Origin: Spirochaetia bacterium
GTDB taxonomy: Bacteria > Spirochaetota > Spirochaetia > WTKD01 > G963693115
Length of the DNA stretch: 64,000 nt
Assembly (NCBI GenBank): GCA_965226055.1
Contig: CBDDCA010000006.1
Span: 352,001 to 416,000, forward strand
Direction: 5' to 3'
Each line of letters starts with the position of its first letter. Within the stretch, counting starts at the first letter, position 1. Shown piece by piece: positions 37,707 to 48,126 of the stretch. The translations under genes were made by a program, and so were the position numbers. The notes beneath the pieces are model-generated. The model did not search any database. It saw nothing but the letters and a program-made list of their open reading frames with translations, and had not been told where the DNA came from.

Positions 37707-39995
37707 CTATGTATCAATAGATGATGATAACAGCCTAAGCATTTCATCATTAATATCTAACGAAAATAACGCACGCTTATTTGATGAGCATATATAATAT
37801 TCTTTCTTAGGAATTGCTCCTGCTATTGTGCTTATTTCAGTCTCATTTAAGCCAAACTTTGTATACATGCTTCGCATCTGATTATTTGTAGCAGATATAT
37901 CTGGCAAGAAAATTTTGCTATGACATGCACTCATGATAGTATCTATAAGCTGAGAATTAACAACATCTGCCAATTCCTGTGTAGCAAGAATAACAAACAC
38001 ATGTTTTTTACGCAATGTTTTTAGCCATGTACGAAACCGTTCAGCAAAATATGCATTCTTTAAGAACAACCATCCCTCATCAATTATAAGCAAAGTAGGA
38101 TGCCCATCAAAATGCATCTCAATACTGTAAAACAAAAATAACAAAGCTGGTATCAATGCTTTTTCTCCCATATCCATGAGAATACTCATTTCAATAAACA
38201 ACCACCGTGCATTATAATCATCGTTCATAACACCATCAAACACTGTACCATAGATACCATCTTTTGTATATTTTTCAAATATTCTTTTTATCGAAAAAAA
38301 CTGGAGCAGATCCTTAAATGTGGACATAGTTCTTTGCTGCTTCTCAACAGTACCAAGAATTTCTAAAGAACGTTTTAAGTCATCAATTTCATCCACTGAT
38401 ACCTCATGATTATTTACATAGAGTAATTGCTCACAAAACTGCAAGCCCCAATTTCTTTCTTTAGCAATATCCATATAACAAAAGGGTTGAAAACTCATAG
38501 AGCTATCTTTCGCTCCAGGAACATATATTTCTCCGTTTACATTTTTACTTATTTGAAGTGCAGAAAAATCTTTATCAAAAATAATTACCTGTGCATGACT
38601 ATATCGTAAAAATTGCAATGCTAACATACCCAACAAAGTAGATTTTCCAGCACCTGTGGGACCTACAATTAAACTATGTCCTACATCTTGTACATTTAAG
38701 TTTAGATAGAACACATTTTGTTGTGAGTTCGCAATCATATGTGCATGAGAATTATCTGCTATCTTTTGCATAAAATCATTGTCTTTATTACCATTCCAAA
38801 GCGATGACAGTGGTAATAAATGAGCAAAATTAACTGTATGCATCAAAAATTTTCTTGTATTTGCATATACTTGTCCAGGTAAAGACGATAACCATGCCTC
38901 CATAACATTTATGCTTTCTTCTCTCACTATAAACCCTTTTTTCTGAAACACTTGCTTTATTCCATCCACTTTCTTTTCCAGCGTATCTTTCTCTGTATCC
39001 CTTACAATTATTACACTCGTAAGCAATCCAAAATGCACAGTCCCTTCTCCTAAAAGCTGTAATGCTTCATCTGCATTCATTGCTTTTGTAACTGCTTCGG
39101 TATTCTCTAATGCTCCTTCTCCACTTTGCTGTTCTTGTATAACCTGCATAGTACTTTTTCTCTGTGAATAATACTTTCTACGCACTTGTTTAATCTTTGC
39201 CAATGTATGCTCTTCATCCATACATATAAACCTTTGTTGCCACCGAAAATCAATATTCATAGTTTGTAGTTCATCCAGTATATTAGCATGAGTAAAGTGA
39301 GGAAAATCATTTACTGATATAACAGAATAAAATGTATCTCCTATAAGAAAATTTTCTTCAATACTTACTGATTCATCTACAAGATACTCGTCAATATCAA
39401 TTCCTTCTGGTGGCACCAATACCTTATGGCAAGTATTTGAAATACATGAATGAAGATATGTAAGCAAAGATGAATCACGTAAAAGTGTTATAGATGAAAA
39501 ACAGTCTTGCAGTAAGCCTTTCATCTCATACACTTGTTTTAGAAACTCTTGTAAAGAATCTTCTAAGGAAAAGGAATCAGTATTAAAATACTGAGACATC
39601 TTTTTTCTATTCTGTTGTTGAAAACAAAAAGTAATATAGTATTCCATACAATACAAAGGATTTTTTTCAAAATACTTTTTCCTTTCGTATTCCATTGTTT
39701 GTGCTACAGCAACATCCCAATTATCTTGAAATTCTAGTACTGTTTTTTCTCTTCTAGATTCAAAAAAAACAGACCATCCTATACCAAAACGTATCATTAC
39801 ATTATTGATTGCCGCTACAACACCATCCACTTGTTCACTTGTACAATAGCTAAGATTCATAGGATGCACCACAAATGTACTTTGAAATACACAGTCTTTC
39901 TGCATAACTACTTCAGGAGCAACCAAACAGCACCATGGTATAAAATCATGAAGATAATGCTGTTTATGGGCATGTTTCAATCTTAAATTTAGCAT
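37707..39995 (-). CDS. trbE: T4SS ATPase TrbE/VirB4
   Basis: DFIPWCCLVAPEVV, LLTYLHSCIS, AWLSSLPGQVYAN, DVGHSLIVGPTGAGKS, FDKD, LIIDEGW, WLKTLRKK, ATQ. Confidence 0.95.
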   Translation of the reverse strand: MLNLRLKHAHKQHYLHDFIPWCCLVAPEVVMQKDCVFQSTFVVHPMNLSYCTSEQVDGVVAAINNVMIRFGIGWSVFFESRREKTVLEFQDNWDVAVAQTMEYERKKYFEKNPLYCMEYYITFCFQQQNRKKMSQYFNTDSFSLEDSLQEFLKQVYEMKGLLQDCFSSITLLRDSSLLTYLHSCISNTCHKVLVPPEGIDIDEYLVDESVSIEENFLIGDTFYSVISVNDFPHFTHANILDELQTMNIDFRWQQRFICMDEEHTLAKIKQVRRKYYSQRKSTMQVIQEQQSGEGALENTEAVTKAMNADEALQLLGEGTVHFGLLTSVIIVRDTEKDTLEKKVDGIKQVFQKKGFIVREESINVMEAWLSSLPGQVYANTRKFLMHTVNFAHLLPLSSLWNGNKDNDFMQKIADNSHAHMIANSQQNVFYLNLNVQDVGHSLIVGPTGAGKSTLLGMLALQFLRYSHAQVIIFDKDFSALQISKNVNGEIYVPGAKDSSMSFQPFCYMDIAKERNWGLQFCEQLLYVNNHEVSVDEIDDLKRSLEILGTVEKQQRTMSTFKDLLQFFSIKRIFEKYTKDGIYGTVFDGVMNDDYNARWLFIEMSILMDMGEKALIPALLFLFYSIEMHFDGHPTLLIIDEGWLFLKNAYFAERFRTWLKTLRKKHVFVILATQELADVVNSQLIDTIMSACHSKIFLPDISATNNQMRSMYTKFGLNETEISTIAGAIPKKEYYICSSNKRALFSLDINDEMLRLLSSSIDT

Positions 39996-40231
39996 ACAAA
40001 ATAATTAGGGTATCTAATTGCTTTCATAGCAACATCAAAAAAATGAATATCTGATTTTGTAAAAGCAATACATATAGTATGTAAAACAATGCCTAAGGGG
40101 AATACCCACCACTGTCCTGCAGCTAAAACACTTACCAACACAGAGAACCAAATAAAATAACATGCCTTCTCATGTATCCCTGCAATAACCACAGGGTATA
40201 ATAAGGATTTATATACACGTGTCATATTCAC
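39989..40231 (-). CDS. trbD: T4SS TrbD/VirB3
   Basis: VYKSLLYPVVIAG, two TM segments, KSDIHFFDV; lies between trbC and trbE. Confidence 0.82.
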   Translation of the reverse strand: MNMTRVYKSLLYPVVIAGIHEKACYFIWFSVLVSVLAAGQWWVFPLGIVLHTICIAFTKSDIHFFDVAMKAIRYPNYFVC

Positions 40232-40240
40232 CTCTCACAT

Positions 40241-40555
40241 CTAAGGTAACAGCAACCCTGCACCGGAATTAAACAACAAGGACAATACGCGAGGAGCATT
40301 CATCGCTATTCCTATGCCCATGACTATAAAAAATATCTTTTGCTTTGAAGCTCCTCCATCTGAAGCAGCTAACATTATTCCTGCACCTGCAATCAAAATG
40401 ATGCCAATAATCATAACCGTCTTCCCAGTAAGAGCTTTTTGTATTTTTTCAAGAGGAGAATCCCATGGCATTTCCTCTCCTGAACCAGAAACCGCCCATA
40501 CAGACGCTAATGATAGAAACAATAAAACAAAGCAACATAGTATTGTTTTTTTCAT
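40241..40555 (-). CDS. trbC: T4SS pilin TrbC/VirB2
   Basis: Signal peptide, SGEEMPWDSPLEKIQKALTG, two hydrophobic helices, GAGL end. Confidence 0.9.
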   Translation of the reverse strand: MKKTILCCFVLLFLSLASVWAVSGSGEEMPWDSPLEKIQKALTGKTVMIIGIILIAGAGIMLAASDGGASKQKIFFIVMGIGIAMNAPRVLSLLFNSGAGLLLP

Positions 40556-41478
40556 ATAACCTCCTTAGTTATAAATGATTGATTTGAATATTCCAATATT
40601 TCTTTTATTTCAAGTACCTTTCGTGTAGATTTTCTTCTTCCAACATATACGCAAATATCTATAATTTCTGCAATCAATGCCCTTGGTGCTTCCTCTATCC
40701 TCTCTTCTATCAGTTGTGCAAGTCGTTCAAGAGCAGCCACCGCAGAGTTTGCATGCAATGTACTTATCCCTCCATTATGCCCTGTATTCCATGCTTTCAA
40801 TAAATCTAATGCTGCCGAATCTCGTAATTCTCCAATAATAATTCTATCTGGGCGCATTCGTAACACATCTTTAATAGCATTTGTATAGGAATACTCTTTA
40901 CTTGTTAAAAGACGAAACCCGTTTGCTGGATTACAATATAGCTCTGGGGTATCTTCAATAATCACTATACGTTCTTCCTCAAGCACACTATCAGAAAGTA
41001 ATGCATTTACAAGTGTAGTTTTTCCTGAACCTGTACCTCCTGCTATCAAAATATTCTTTTTAAGAGCCACACTGTTTTGTAAATACTGCTTCTGTGCATC
41101 ACTCATAGTATTACATGCCACTAAATCATCAATACTCATGGTGTACTTTCGTTGTTTTCTAATACAAAAAACAGGAAATTCTGATGCAGGAGGGATAATA
41201 CCTTGAAAGCGAAATCCATAGGGACCTACTTTTGCAGAAACAGAAGGAGATTGAGTGTTTACATAAAAATTATTATTACTAGCAATCACTCGTATAATAG
41301 ATTCAATTTGCATACCAGAAAGATATGTTTCTGTTTCTTGCAATATATTTTCTTTTTCAACAAGCACCGCACCTTTTTTATTCACCATAATCTCAGTGAT
41401 AACATCGTCTACAAGGTACTGTGTTATTGGCTGTAAAACTACATCTTGAAAATTATTATTCTGTATTTCACCCATCAA
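40552..41478 (-). CDS. trbB: T4SS ATPase TrbB/VirB11
   Basis: ITEIMVN, RFQGIIPP, AGGTGSGKTT, IEDTPEL, LRMRPDRIIIGELR, AWNTGHNGGISTLHANSA. Confidence 0.94.
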   Translation of the reverse strand: MMGEIQNNNFQDVVLQPITQYLVDDVITEIMVNKKGAVLVEKENILQETETYLSGMQIESIIRVIASNNNFYVNTQSPSVSAKVGPYGFRFQGIIPPASEFPVFCIRKQRKYTMSIDDLVACNTMSDAQKQYLQNSVALKKNILIAGGTGSGKTTLVNALLSDSVLEEERIVIIEDTPELYCNPANGFRLLTSKEYSYTNAIKDVLRMRPDRIIIGELRDSAALDLLKAWNTGHNGGISTLHANSAVAALERLAQLIEERIEEAPRALIAEIIDICVYVGRRKSTRKVLEIKEILEYSNQSFITKEVI

Positions 41479-41579
41479 TTAGTAGTACTTCATCTACAGA
41501 GTTTTGCTTGAAGAAACTATACTATTTTACTCCATAATTACAGATTACTGTGTCTAAACAAGATATGAAGGACAATACT

Positions 41580-43265
41580 CTATCTTACTTTTAAGTACAT
41601 AGCATATCTTTTTGATTGTATCTGTGATATACAGATAAATAAAGAAAACATGAGTACAAACAAAGCAAGTAATCCGTATCCCAATATGCTAAAATAAGCT
41701 ATTGACACAACCTGTGATATATACAATATAAGAGATACCATAAACACCGAAAAAGGAATAATTGACATACTGATACATATAATCCCAAAAGATGCCTGTT
41801 TTCTTTTTTCTTTTCGTTGTTGAGCTTGTATTAAAACAGAATAAGCAAATATCATTGCTCCATATCCACCAAAAATAAAAAGAGCAACAGAAAACAGTAT
41901 GAGTACAACATTGACAAACAACACATTGATAGGAAAATAATATTTTTTCCAAACAGGGTAGATACGCACTTGTGCCCACAAATTTACTTTAAAAGGATCA
42001 ATCATAAGATACGCTATATCTTCAACGGATACAGCACTAGGCATATACCATATATTCTGTGCATATTCTCCCTCCGCTATCTGTGGATGATATGTTACTA
42101 TTGAGTTTTCTTCTATAGCATAGATATGTATCTTATTCTTTGTAAGTTTAGCATACGGAGTTTTTATATGCCATTGTAATGTTTCATTATCATCTAATTG
42201 AAGTAATTCAATATCCTTAAAATAAACAGAACCTGCAGACACAGACACATTCTGAGCAGAAATTATCAATTTTCCTTCTTCATTTTTATCTATAAAATGA
42301 AGCGGTTTCTTTTGTCTTCTTTCAAGCATATCAACAAGAAATACTTTACGTGCTTCTCCTGCAAAAAAAGTAAAGGTATCTAAAGTTTCCTTATACTTCG
42401 CTAACAACCCTTCAATATCTGCATGAGAAGAATAAGTATTCTGTAAAGCTACTAATGTTCTGTATCCTGCAAGAATATCCAATTCCAAACTATCAGAAGA
42501 ATAAAGAACATCACGCAAATATACTAGATGTGATTCAAGCCCAATAAGAGATCTTTGTTCTCTACTAAAAAAATTGTCAATATATCCTTGAATACGGTTA
42601 CGTATAAGCTCTGTTTCACTATTTATTCCAAAAATAGTAATATACCGAAAGAGTAGATACTGTGCAGCATAGTATTTTTCTGCCACTATGAGATCATCAA
42701 TAGCCCTTGCCATTTTTCCTGCATCCAAATTATAAAAATTAAGTACTGTCAACTGCTCTACTCTTTCTATGCTTTCATTGATAGTATCACTAAGCGATTG
42801 TATGTACTGTGTATCTTTACGAGAAATACTAATTTTCGAAACACTATCAGATAATAATCTCGTATCTTCAGGAAAAAAATTTTCAATAACATCTACATAA
42901 AAATTAGCTTCGTTACTCTCTCTACTCTCATGTGCAACAACATATGCATCATATACTTTTTGTAAGAGTTCATATTGTTCTTGATGAGATATATCATTGT
43001 TCTTATTACCCCTCAATAGAGGCACTAATACAAATAACAACAAGATGGTACCGCTTATTAACATATGAATAGTTGATACAAAAAGAAAAGAAGACTTGTT
43101 TTTTAATAAAAAGATAAAGATATAATATATGAAAAATGTATACAAAGGAGCAACAAAATAATTGATAAGTATCCTGCCTTGTTGCTGTTCCCCATATATG
43201 CTCATAACCACATATACCCAAAAAGCAGAGAAAATAAACACAAATATATACTTGACTATTTTCAT
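41580..43265 (-). CDS. Hypothetical membrane protein with a large extracytoplasmic domain
   Basis: 561-aa ORF with three N-terminal and three C-terminal TM segments. Confidence 0.7.
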   Translation of the reverse strand: MKIVKYIFVFIFSAFWVYVVMSIYGEQQQGRILINYFVAPLYTFFIYYIFIFLLKNKSSFLFVSTIHMLISGTILLLFVLVPLLRGNKNNDISHQEQYELLQKVYDAYVVAHESRESNEANFYVDVIENFFPEDTRLLSDSVSKISISRKDTQYIQSLSDTINESIERVEQLTVLNFYNLDAGKMARAIDDLIVAEKYYAAQYLLFRYITIFGINSETELIRNRIQGYIDNFFSREQRSLIGLESHLVYLRDVLYSSDSLELDILAGYRTLVALQNTYSSHADIEGLLAKYKETLDTFTFFAGEARKVFLVDMLERRQKKPLHFIDKNEEGKLIISAQNVSVSAGSVYFKDIELLQLDDNETLQWHIKTPYAKLTKNKIHIYAIEENSIVTYHPQIAEGEYAQNIWYMPSAVSVEDIAYLMIDPFKVNLWAQVRIYPVWKKYYFPINVLFVNVVLILFSVALFIFGGYGAMIFAYSVLIQAQQRKEKRKQASFGIICISMSIIPFSVFMVSLILYISQVVSIAYFSILGYGLLALFVLMFSLFICISQIQSKRYAMYLKVR

Positions 43266-43269
43266 ATAG

Positions 43270-44145
43270 CTACCCCCTACTCCTACGGTAAGACAGAGAA
43301 AGAGTAACTATCAAAACAATATTTGTTACTAAGAAAAACGCTGTACCTCCTACTAGCCACCAAAATCCCTGTGTACTGTGATGAAAAGCATAAAAGAGAA
43401 AGAGTAGCCAGACAAAAATAAAGGAAAATCTTACAAAATATAATTCTATACCATATCCTACCAAAAATAACGATACATACGCAAGTAATATCAAACACAA
43501 AAATAATAGCAACTGAACATAGGCATTACTACTATATGATTTTGTGAGAATATTTTTATGCACTAACAGCTTAGGGAGAACACTGTCACTAAAAAACGAT
43601 ACGCTAGATACATCTTGCCATTGCAAAAAAATACCCTCTGTATGTGTTTCTGCATCTTCATCCTGCACTTCACGCAATACGATGGAATCATCAAACAACA
43701 CCGTATACATAGTACCATCCAAGCGTTGTCCAAAATAAGCAAATCGTGAAGCATACTCCTTTTTATCATCAGGAGATGATACAGGAATAAATAGCTCAAT
43801 ATTATCACTTGGACGCAACCTTTCTATTATTGCACCACTCTCTGTATCCACCACTTGTGATATATCCATTGTTGGAGAACGAACAATACTCACCCAATAA
43901 AAAACACAAAGAAACATCACGACAAAACATAAAAATATATATGGTAGCTCTTTTTTCACTGCGGATACCCTAAAAGAAGAACATGCTACTGAAATAGCAA
44001 TAATAATGCCCATTACATATAACAATGAATTCCAAAAAAGAATATGTATAAATGGAGGCACTATGGTAAATCGTGTTATTATAAAAAACAACAGAAACCA
44101 TAAAAACAATAGAATTGGAAACAGAATAGTTGATCTTACATTCAT
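43270..44145 (-). CDS. Hypothetical membrane protein
   Basis: 291-aa ORF with a 3 TM + loop + 3 TM layout; 4 bp upstream of the previous gene. Confidence 0.65.
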   Translation of the reverse strand: MNVRSTILFPILLFLWFLLFFIITRFTIVPPFIHILFWNSLLYVMGIIIAISVACSSFRVSAVKKELPYIFLCFVVMFLCVFYWVSIVRSPTMDISQVVDTESGAIIERLRPSDNIELFIPVSSPDDKKEYASRFAYFGQRLDGTMYTVLFDDSIVLREVQDEDAETHTEGIFLQWQDVSSVSFFSDSVLPKLLVHKNILTKSYSSNAYVQLLLFLCLILLAYVSLFLVGYGIELYFVRFSFIFVWLLFLFYAFHHSTQGFWWLVGGTAFFLVTNIVLIVTLSLSYRRSRG

Positions 44146-44334
44146 TTTTTATTGACTACTTACTGTATCGTCTTACTACTAGCATTACATAACATACAAT
44201 TTAATTACAATTATAAATATATAGTATTTATTTAATAAATTATTATATAGCAAGCATTTACATTTTTATCTTATCAGTATTCTACGAAAGAATACAATAT
44301 ATATTACAATTAAATTACAATTTACAGAGATAGT

Positions 44335-44766
44335 ATGCAATCATTACTTAAAATTAACAACGTGGTACTCTTTTTTTATTGTTTACTCCTATTTGGTATG
44401 ATTATACTTATTGACTATTATATCTTCTGGGTTACTATTAACTATATAAAAATACAATATTTACTTCTCAGCTTAGCGTTGCTATCAGGAATACTCACTC
44501 TCATCGTATTAAATAGTATTATGGATCTCATTAAAACAATAAAAAAGAACGCTACATTAGGTATTATGTCCTATACACTATTTTCTTTATTACTCGTTAC
44601 AATAGTACTAGGAATGTTTCTCATCATTCCCGGATTTGTAAGCACTAGCATAGCACTCATTCTCTATATACCCCCTATACGAAAAGGAATAGCATTTGTA
44701 CTGTATAAACTGCATAAAAACAAAATTATATCACTGTTTTCTATTTTCCTATACGAACATATGTAA
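44335..44766 (+). CDS. FxsA-like membrane protein
   Basis: FLIIPGFVSTSIALILYIPPIR resembles the FxsA LLxPGFxTD...LLxP motif. Confidence 0.55.
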   Translation: MQSLLKINNVVLFFYCLLLFGMIILIDYYIFWVTINYIKIQYLLLSLALLSGILTLIVLNSIMDLIKTIKKNATLGIMSYTLFSLLLVTIVLGMFLIIPGFVSTSIALILYIPPIRKGIAFVLYKLHKNKIISLFSIFLYEHM

Positions 44767-44770
44767 CATA

Positions 44771-46204
44771 CTATAAATCTCCTTTTTCTATAAGCTCTAC
44801 AGTTTGGTTGAGTACAGTATCAGTTTCTAAATTATATACAGTGATAACATCATTAAAAACATTTGCCTGTCGTACTAATAAACTAGTAATGGCTCTAAAA
44901 TCCTGAAATTCCATATTCATTTCTTTTAATCGTTGCCTAAACTCTTCAATCTCTTTTTCTCCAATCTTTCCTAGTTTTTCTTCTACAAATTTTCGTACTA
45001 AATCATCATCAGCAATCTGAGATATCCATATTCGTTCTTGCATGTTACTTCCAAAGCTAATTCCTTCTATTTCTACATCTGGAGCTATCCCAACCCCATT
45101 TATATAGTTATCACCAGGAGTGTAATATTCTGCAATGGTCAATGTAATAAACCCTTCACCAAAGGGCTGCACTGTCTGCACTAAGCCTTTGCCGTATGTA
45201 TCTTTTCCTACAAGCGTGGCTCTTCCATTGTATTTAAGCGCTCCTGCTAAAATTTCTGATGCCGAAGCAGATCCTCCATTGACTAACACAACAATTTTTT
45301 TATCGTAGGGAACTATTGATGCATTACGTGCAAAGTACTGATAACGATTATTTTCTATTCTTGAATCAGTACCCACTATCAACTCTCCCTTATTAAGAAA
45401 AAAATCAGCAATTTTTAATACTGCAGCAAGAGAGCCTCCTGGATTGTTTCGCAAATCAATAATTAAATGCTGATACCGTTCTTTCTCTAATTCTTGTAAT
45501 ACAGACTTAAATCTTTCGGGGGTATTATCATTAAATGACAACAACGAAATATACGCAATATCATCAGTTATTTTTGCGTGTTTAAGATAAATTACTTTTA
45601 TGATATCCCGCACAATAGTGATTGGAACTATTAAATCATCTCGTTTTATTGTAATATCTACACTTGATCCAGGTTCTCCTCGCATAATATGTATAGCATC
45701 ATTTGCACTCATTTCTGCAGTACTCATATCATCAACAGAAATAATTAAGTCTCCCGTTTGAATGCCTGCAAAATACGCAGGTGTCCCTTCTATGGGAGCA
45801 ATAACCTGAATATAATGTACTCCACTCTCTACATCAAGACCTTCATCTATGGTGATACCAAGCCCTCCAAACTCCCCTGTTATAGATTCTTGGTATTTCT
45901 CACTCTCCTCTTTTGTTACATAAGTTGAATACGGATCACCAAGATTCTCTAACATACCTTTCAATGTACCATCTAACGATTCTGTGCTATTAGGATTTAC
46001 ATAGTAACTTTTTTCTATAAAATCATACAGCTGTGTAACCTTATCAATAAACTTCTTTCGCTCTAACTTTTTATTAACTTCAGTATCTTCTGACTCAGAA
46101 CTCTTAGCAAACACTCCTTTTGAAAACAAAAACGGTTCACTCGTTAGAAAAAATACTAATAACAAATACAGGAGTATCTTATATTTTTTTGATATAATCT
46201 TCAT
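44771..46204 (-). CDS. ctpA: Carboxyl-terminal processing protease (S41)
   Basis: LGDPYS, GEFGGLGI, PDZ domain, IIDLRNNPGG, NGGSASASEI, TYGKGLVQ, GIAPD. Start placed behind AGGAG. Confidence 0.94.
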   Translation of the reverse strand: MKIISKKYKILLYLLLVFFLTSEPFLFSKGVFAKSSESEDTEVNKKLERKKFIDKVTQLYDFIEKSYYVNPNSTESLDGTLKGMLENLGDPYSTYVTKEESEKYQESITGEFGGLGITIDEGLDVESGVHYIQVIAPIEGTPAYFAGIQTGDLIISVDDMSTAEMSANDAIHIMRGEPGSSVDITIKRDDLIVPITIVRDIIKVIYLKHAKITDDIAYISLLSFNDNTPERFKSVLQELEKERYQHLIIDLRNNPGGSLAAVLKIADFFLNKGELIVGTDSRIENNRYQYFARNASIVPYDKKIVVLVNGGSASASEILAGALKYNGRATLVGKDTYGKGLVQTVQPFGEGFITLTIAEYYTPGDNYINGVGIAPDVEIEGISFGSNMQERIWISQIADDDLVRKFVEEKLGKIGEKEIEEFRQRLKEMNMEFQDFRAITSLLVRQANVFNDVITVYNLETDTVLNQTVELIEKGDL

Positions 46205-46286
46205 TCCTTCTCCTAATCGATATCTTTGCATAAAAAACTGTATATAGAATATGCATAGTTATTACACATTATTGTATAATTATATC

Positions 46287-47309
46287 ATGTTATATATTAA
46301 TTATCCACAATGGCTCAGCCCTGAAGTTATTCCCGGAATACCTATCCGATGGTATAGCTTAGCGTATATTTTTGGATCTCTTATCACATATATGCTTGTT
46401 GCAAATATCAGTAAAAGATCAGATAAAAATCTCCACGAACACTTACCAAATTTATTTATGTGGATGATTCTCTCTATGTTTATTGGAGCTCGACTATTTT
46501 CAAAATTAGTATATAGCAGAGATCTATCAATATTACTTACCCCCTGGGAAATGTTTTGGCCTTTTGAAAATGGAAGGTTTGTAGGCATACAAGGATTAAG
46601 CTATCATGGTGCATTGATAGGAACTATCATTGGAGGATGCATATATACAAAATTAAACCATTTACATTTTAGAAAAACAGCAGATCTTATTACTGTTTGT
46701 GTTCCACTAGGATACACATTAGGTCGCTTAGGAAATTTTGCAAACGGAGAATTATATGGAAGAGTAACAACAAGTGCATGGGGAATGATATTCCCGTACG
46801 CTGATCCTCTCCCCTATGGAGACGAAAAAGTAAAACAAATTGCAAACTCCTTAAACATAGAACCCAATGCACAAGGGCTTGTAAACCTTCCTCGACATCC
46901 ATCGCAACTATACGAAGCTTTTTTAGAAGGAATAGTCTGTTTTGCCATTCTCTATACTCTGTATAGAATCATTGTTAACACAAAATACTATTTTCCTGGT
47001 CTATTCGTTTGTCTTTATGTTATACTCTATTCTATTGCTCGATTCTTTGTTGAATACTTTCGGCAACCAGACGAAGGACTTGATTTTGTCGTAAGTTTTT
47101 CTGAAACTTCACAACCACGTTGGATTTTACTCAATTTTAATGAGTTTAGTACGGGACAAATTCTTTCTCTCATCGCTATCATCATTGCATTACTAGGGCT
47201 TATTGCATTCTATATGTTCGAAAAGCATGCAAAACAACATACAATACCACCACAACCACAGCCTCATAGGGTTTCTAAAAAACATCGTAAACATGCATCA
47301 AAAAGATAA
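46287..47309 (+). CDS. lgt: Prolipoprotein diacylglyceryl transferase
   Basis: IRWYSLAY, IGARL, GLSYHGALIG, GRLGNFANGELYGR, RHPSQLYEA, RFFVEYFRQPD. Confidence 0.96.
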   Translation: MLYINYPQWLSPEVIPGIPIRWYSLAYIFGSLITYMLVANISKRSDKNLHEHLPNLFMWMILSMFIGARLFSKLVYSRDLSILLTPWEMFWPFENGRFVGIQGLSYHGALIGTIIGGCIYTKLNHLHFRKTADLITVCVPLGYTLGRLGNFANGELYGRVTTSAWGMIFPYADPLPYGDEKVKQIANSLNIEPNAQGLVNLPRHPSQLYEAFLEGIVCFAILYTLYRIIVNTKYYFPGLFVCLYVILYSIARFFVEYFRQPDEGLDFVVSFSETSQPRWILLNFNEFSTGQILSLIAIIIALLGLIAFYMFEKHAKQHTIPPQPQPHRVSKKHRKHASKR

Positions 47310-48111
47310 ATCTCAAACACTCCCTACAGACACCATATCTATTCAGCATTATTCTTCTCCACAATATCGCCCTTTGCCATCATCAGAACCAGTGTTACAA
47401 CTACTTATAAAAGTATCAAAAAACCATTCCCATATTGAAAAAAAAAGCAACATATCATTTCATTCGATCACTCCTCCTCTTACACTCCCTGACATCACTC
47501 AAAAGCCTATACTAAAAAACATACAAAAATATATGAAATTATACTTTTTTTTCTGCCCTGCATGTTTTTCTTTTGATACCATTGATACAAAAAAACAGTT
47601 CTGTTACTGTCAAAGTTGTGCTACCATATGGGATATATTTTCCTCTGTGTATCATATGCCTCAAGAAACAGATACCAGCTTAGTATATGAAGCACTACAG
47701 ACATGGTATGTGTGGCAATATGCTTGTTTACTCACATTCATTGATAACAGAGTACCCACCAATGAATGCATCATCACAATAAACGATGTATCCGTTCAAA
47801 TATCCACAACACATTCAAAGCATAACAACACAGAAAAGCATACACAAATACAGTTATACCCCGATAACCTTATATGGCAACCACGCAATAGTGTAAGCAA
47901 CATACTGTATCACACCTTTGTAAGCAAACAACACATATCAAACATATCGCTACAAGATATACATACCATTGATTATAGCAATGAAATTCCTTTACATACA
48001 GTACATATACATACACACAATAATGTACTGACTTTTCATGGAACAAAACACAATAGTATACTTTCGTATTTCTTTGCCTTACACTATCTTGTCAATACTA
48101 TACATACGTAA
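47293..48111 (+). CDS. Hypothetical protein with a CxxC...CxxC zinc ribbon
   Basis: FFCPAC...CQSC followed by WYVWQ. Start uncertain. Confidence 0.5.
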   Translation: MHQKDKSQTLPTDTISIQHYSSPQYRPLPSSEPVLQLLIKVSKNHSHIEKKSNISFHSITPPLTLPDITQKPILKNIQKYMKLYFFFCPACFSFDTIDTKKQFCYCQSCATIWDIFSSVYHMPQETDTSLVYEALQTWYVWQYACLLTFIDNRVPTNECIITINDVSVQISTTHSKHNNTEKHTQIQLYPDNLIWQPRNSVSNILYHTFVSKQHISNISLQDIHTIDYSNEIPLHTVHIHTHNNVLTFHGTKHNSILSYFFALHYLVNTIHT

Positions 48112-48126
48112 CTATACCACTTGATT

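Noticed and set aside
24882-41478. Intact ICE or integrated conjugative plasmid
   Set aside because: No integrase, relaxase, coupling protein or att repeat was seen, and no second copy of the tRNA 3' end was noticed.
40552-41478. Tad/CpaF pilus ATPase call
   Set aside because: The AWNTGH motif and the trbCDE context indicate TrbB.
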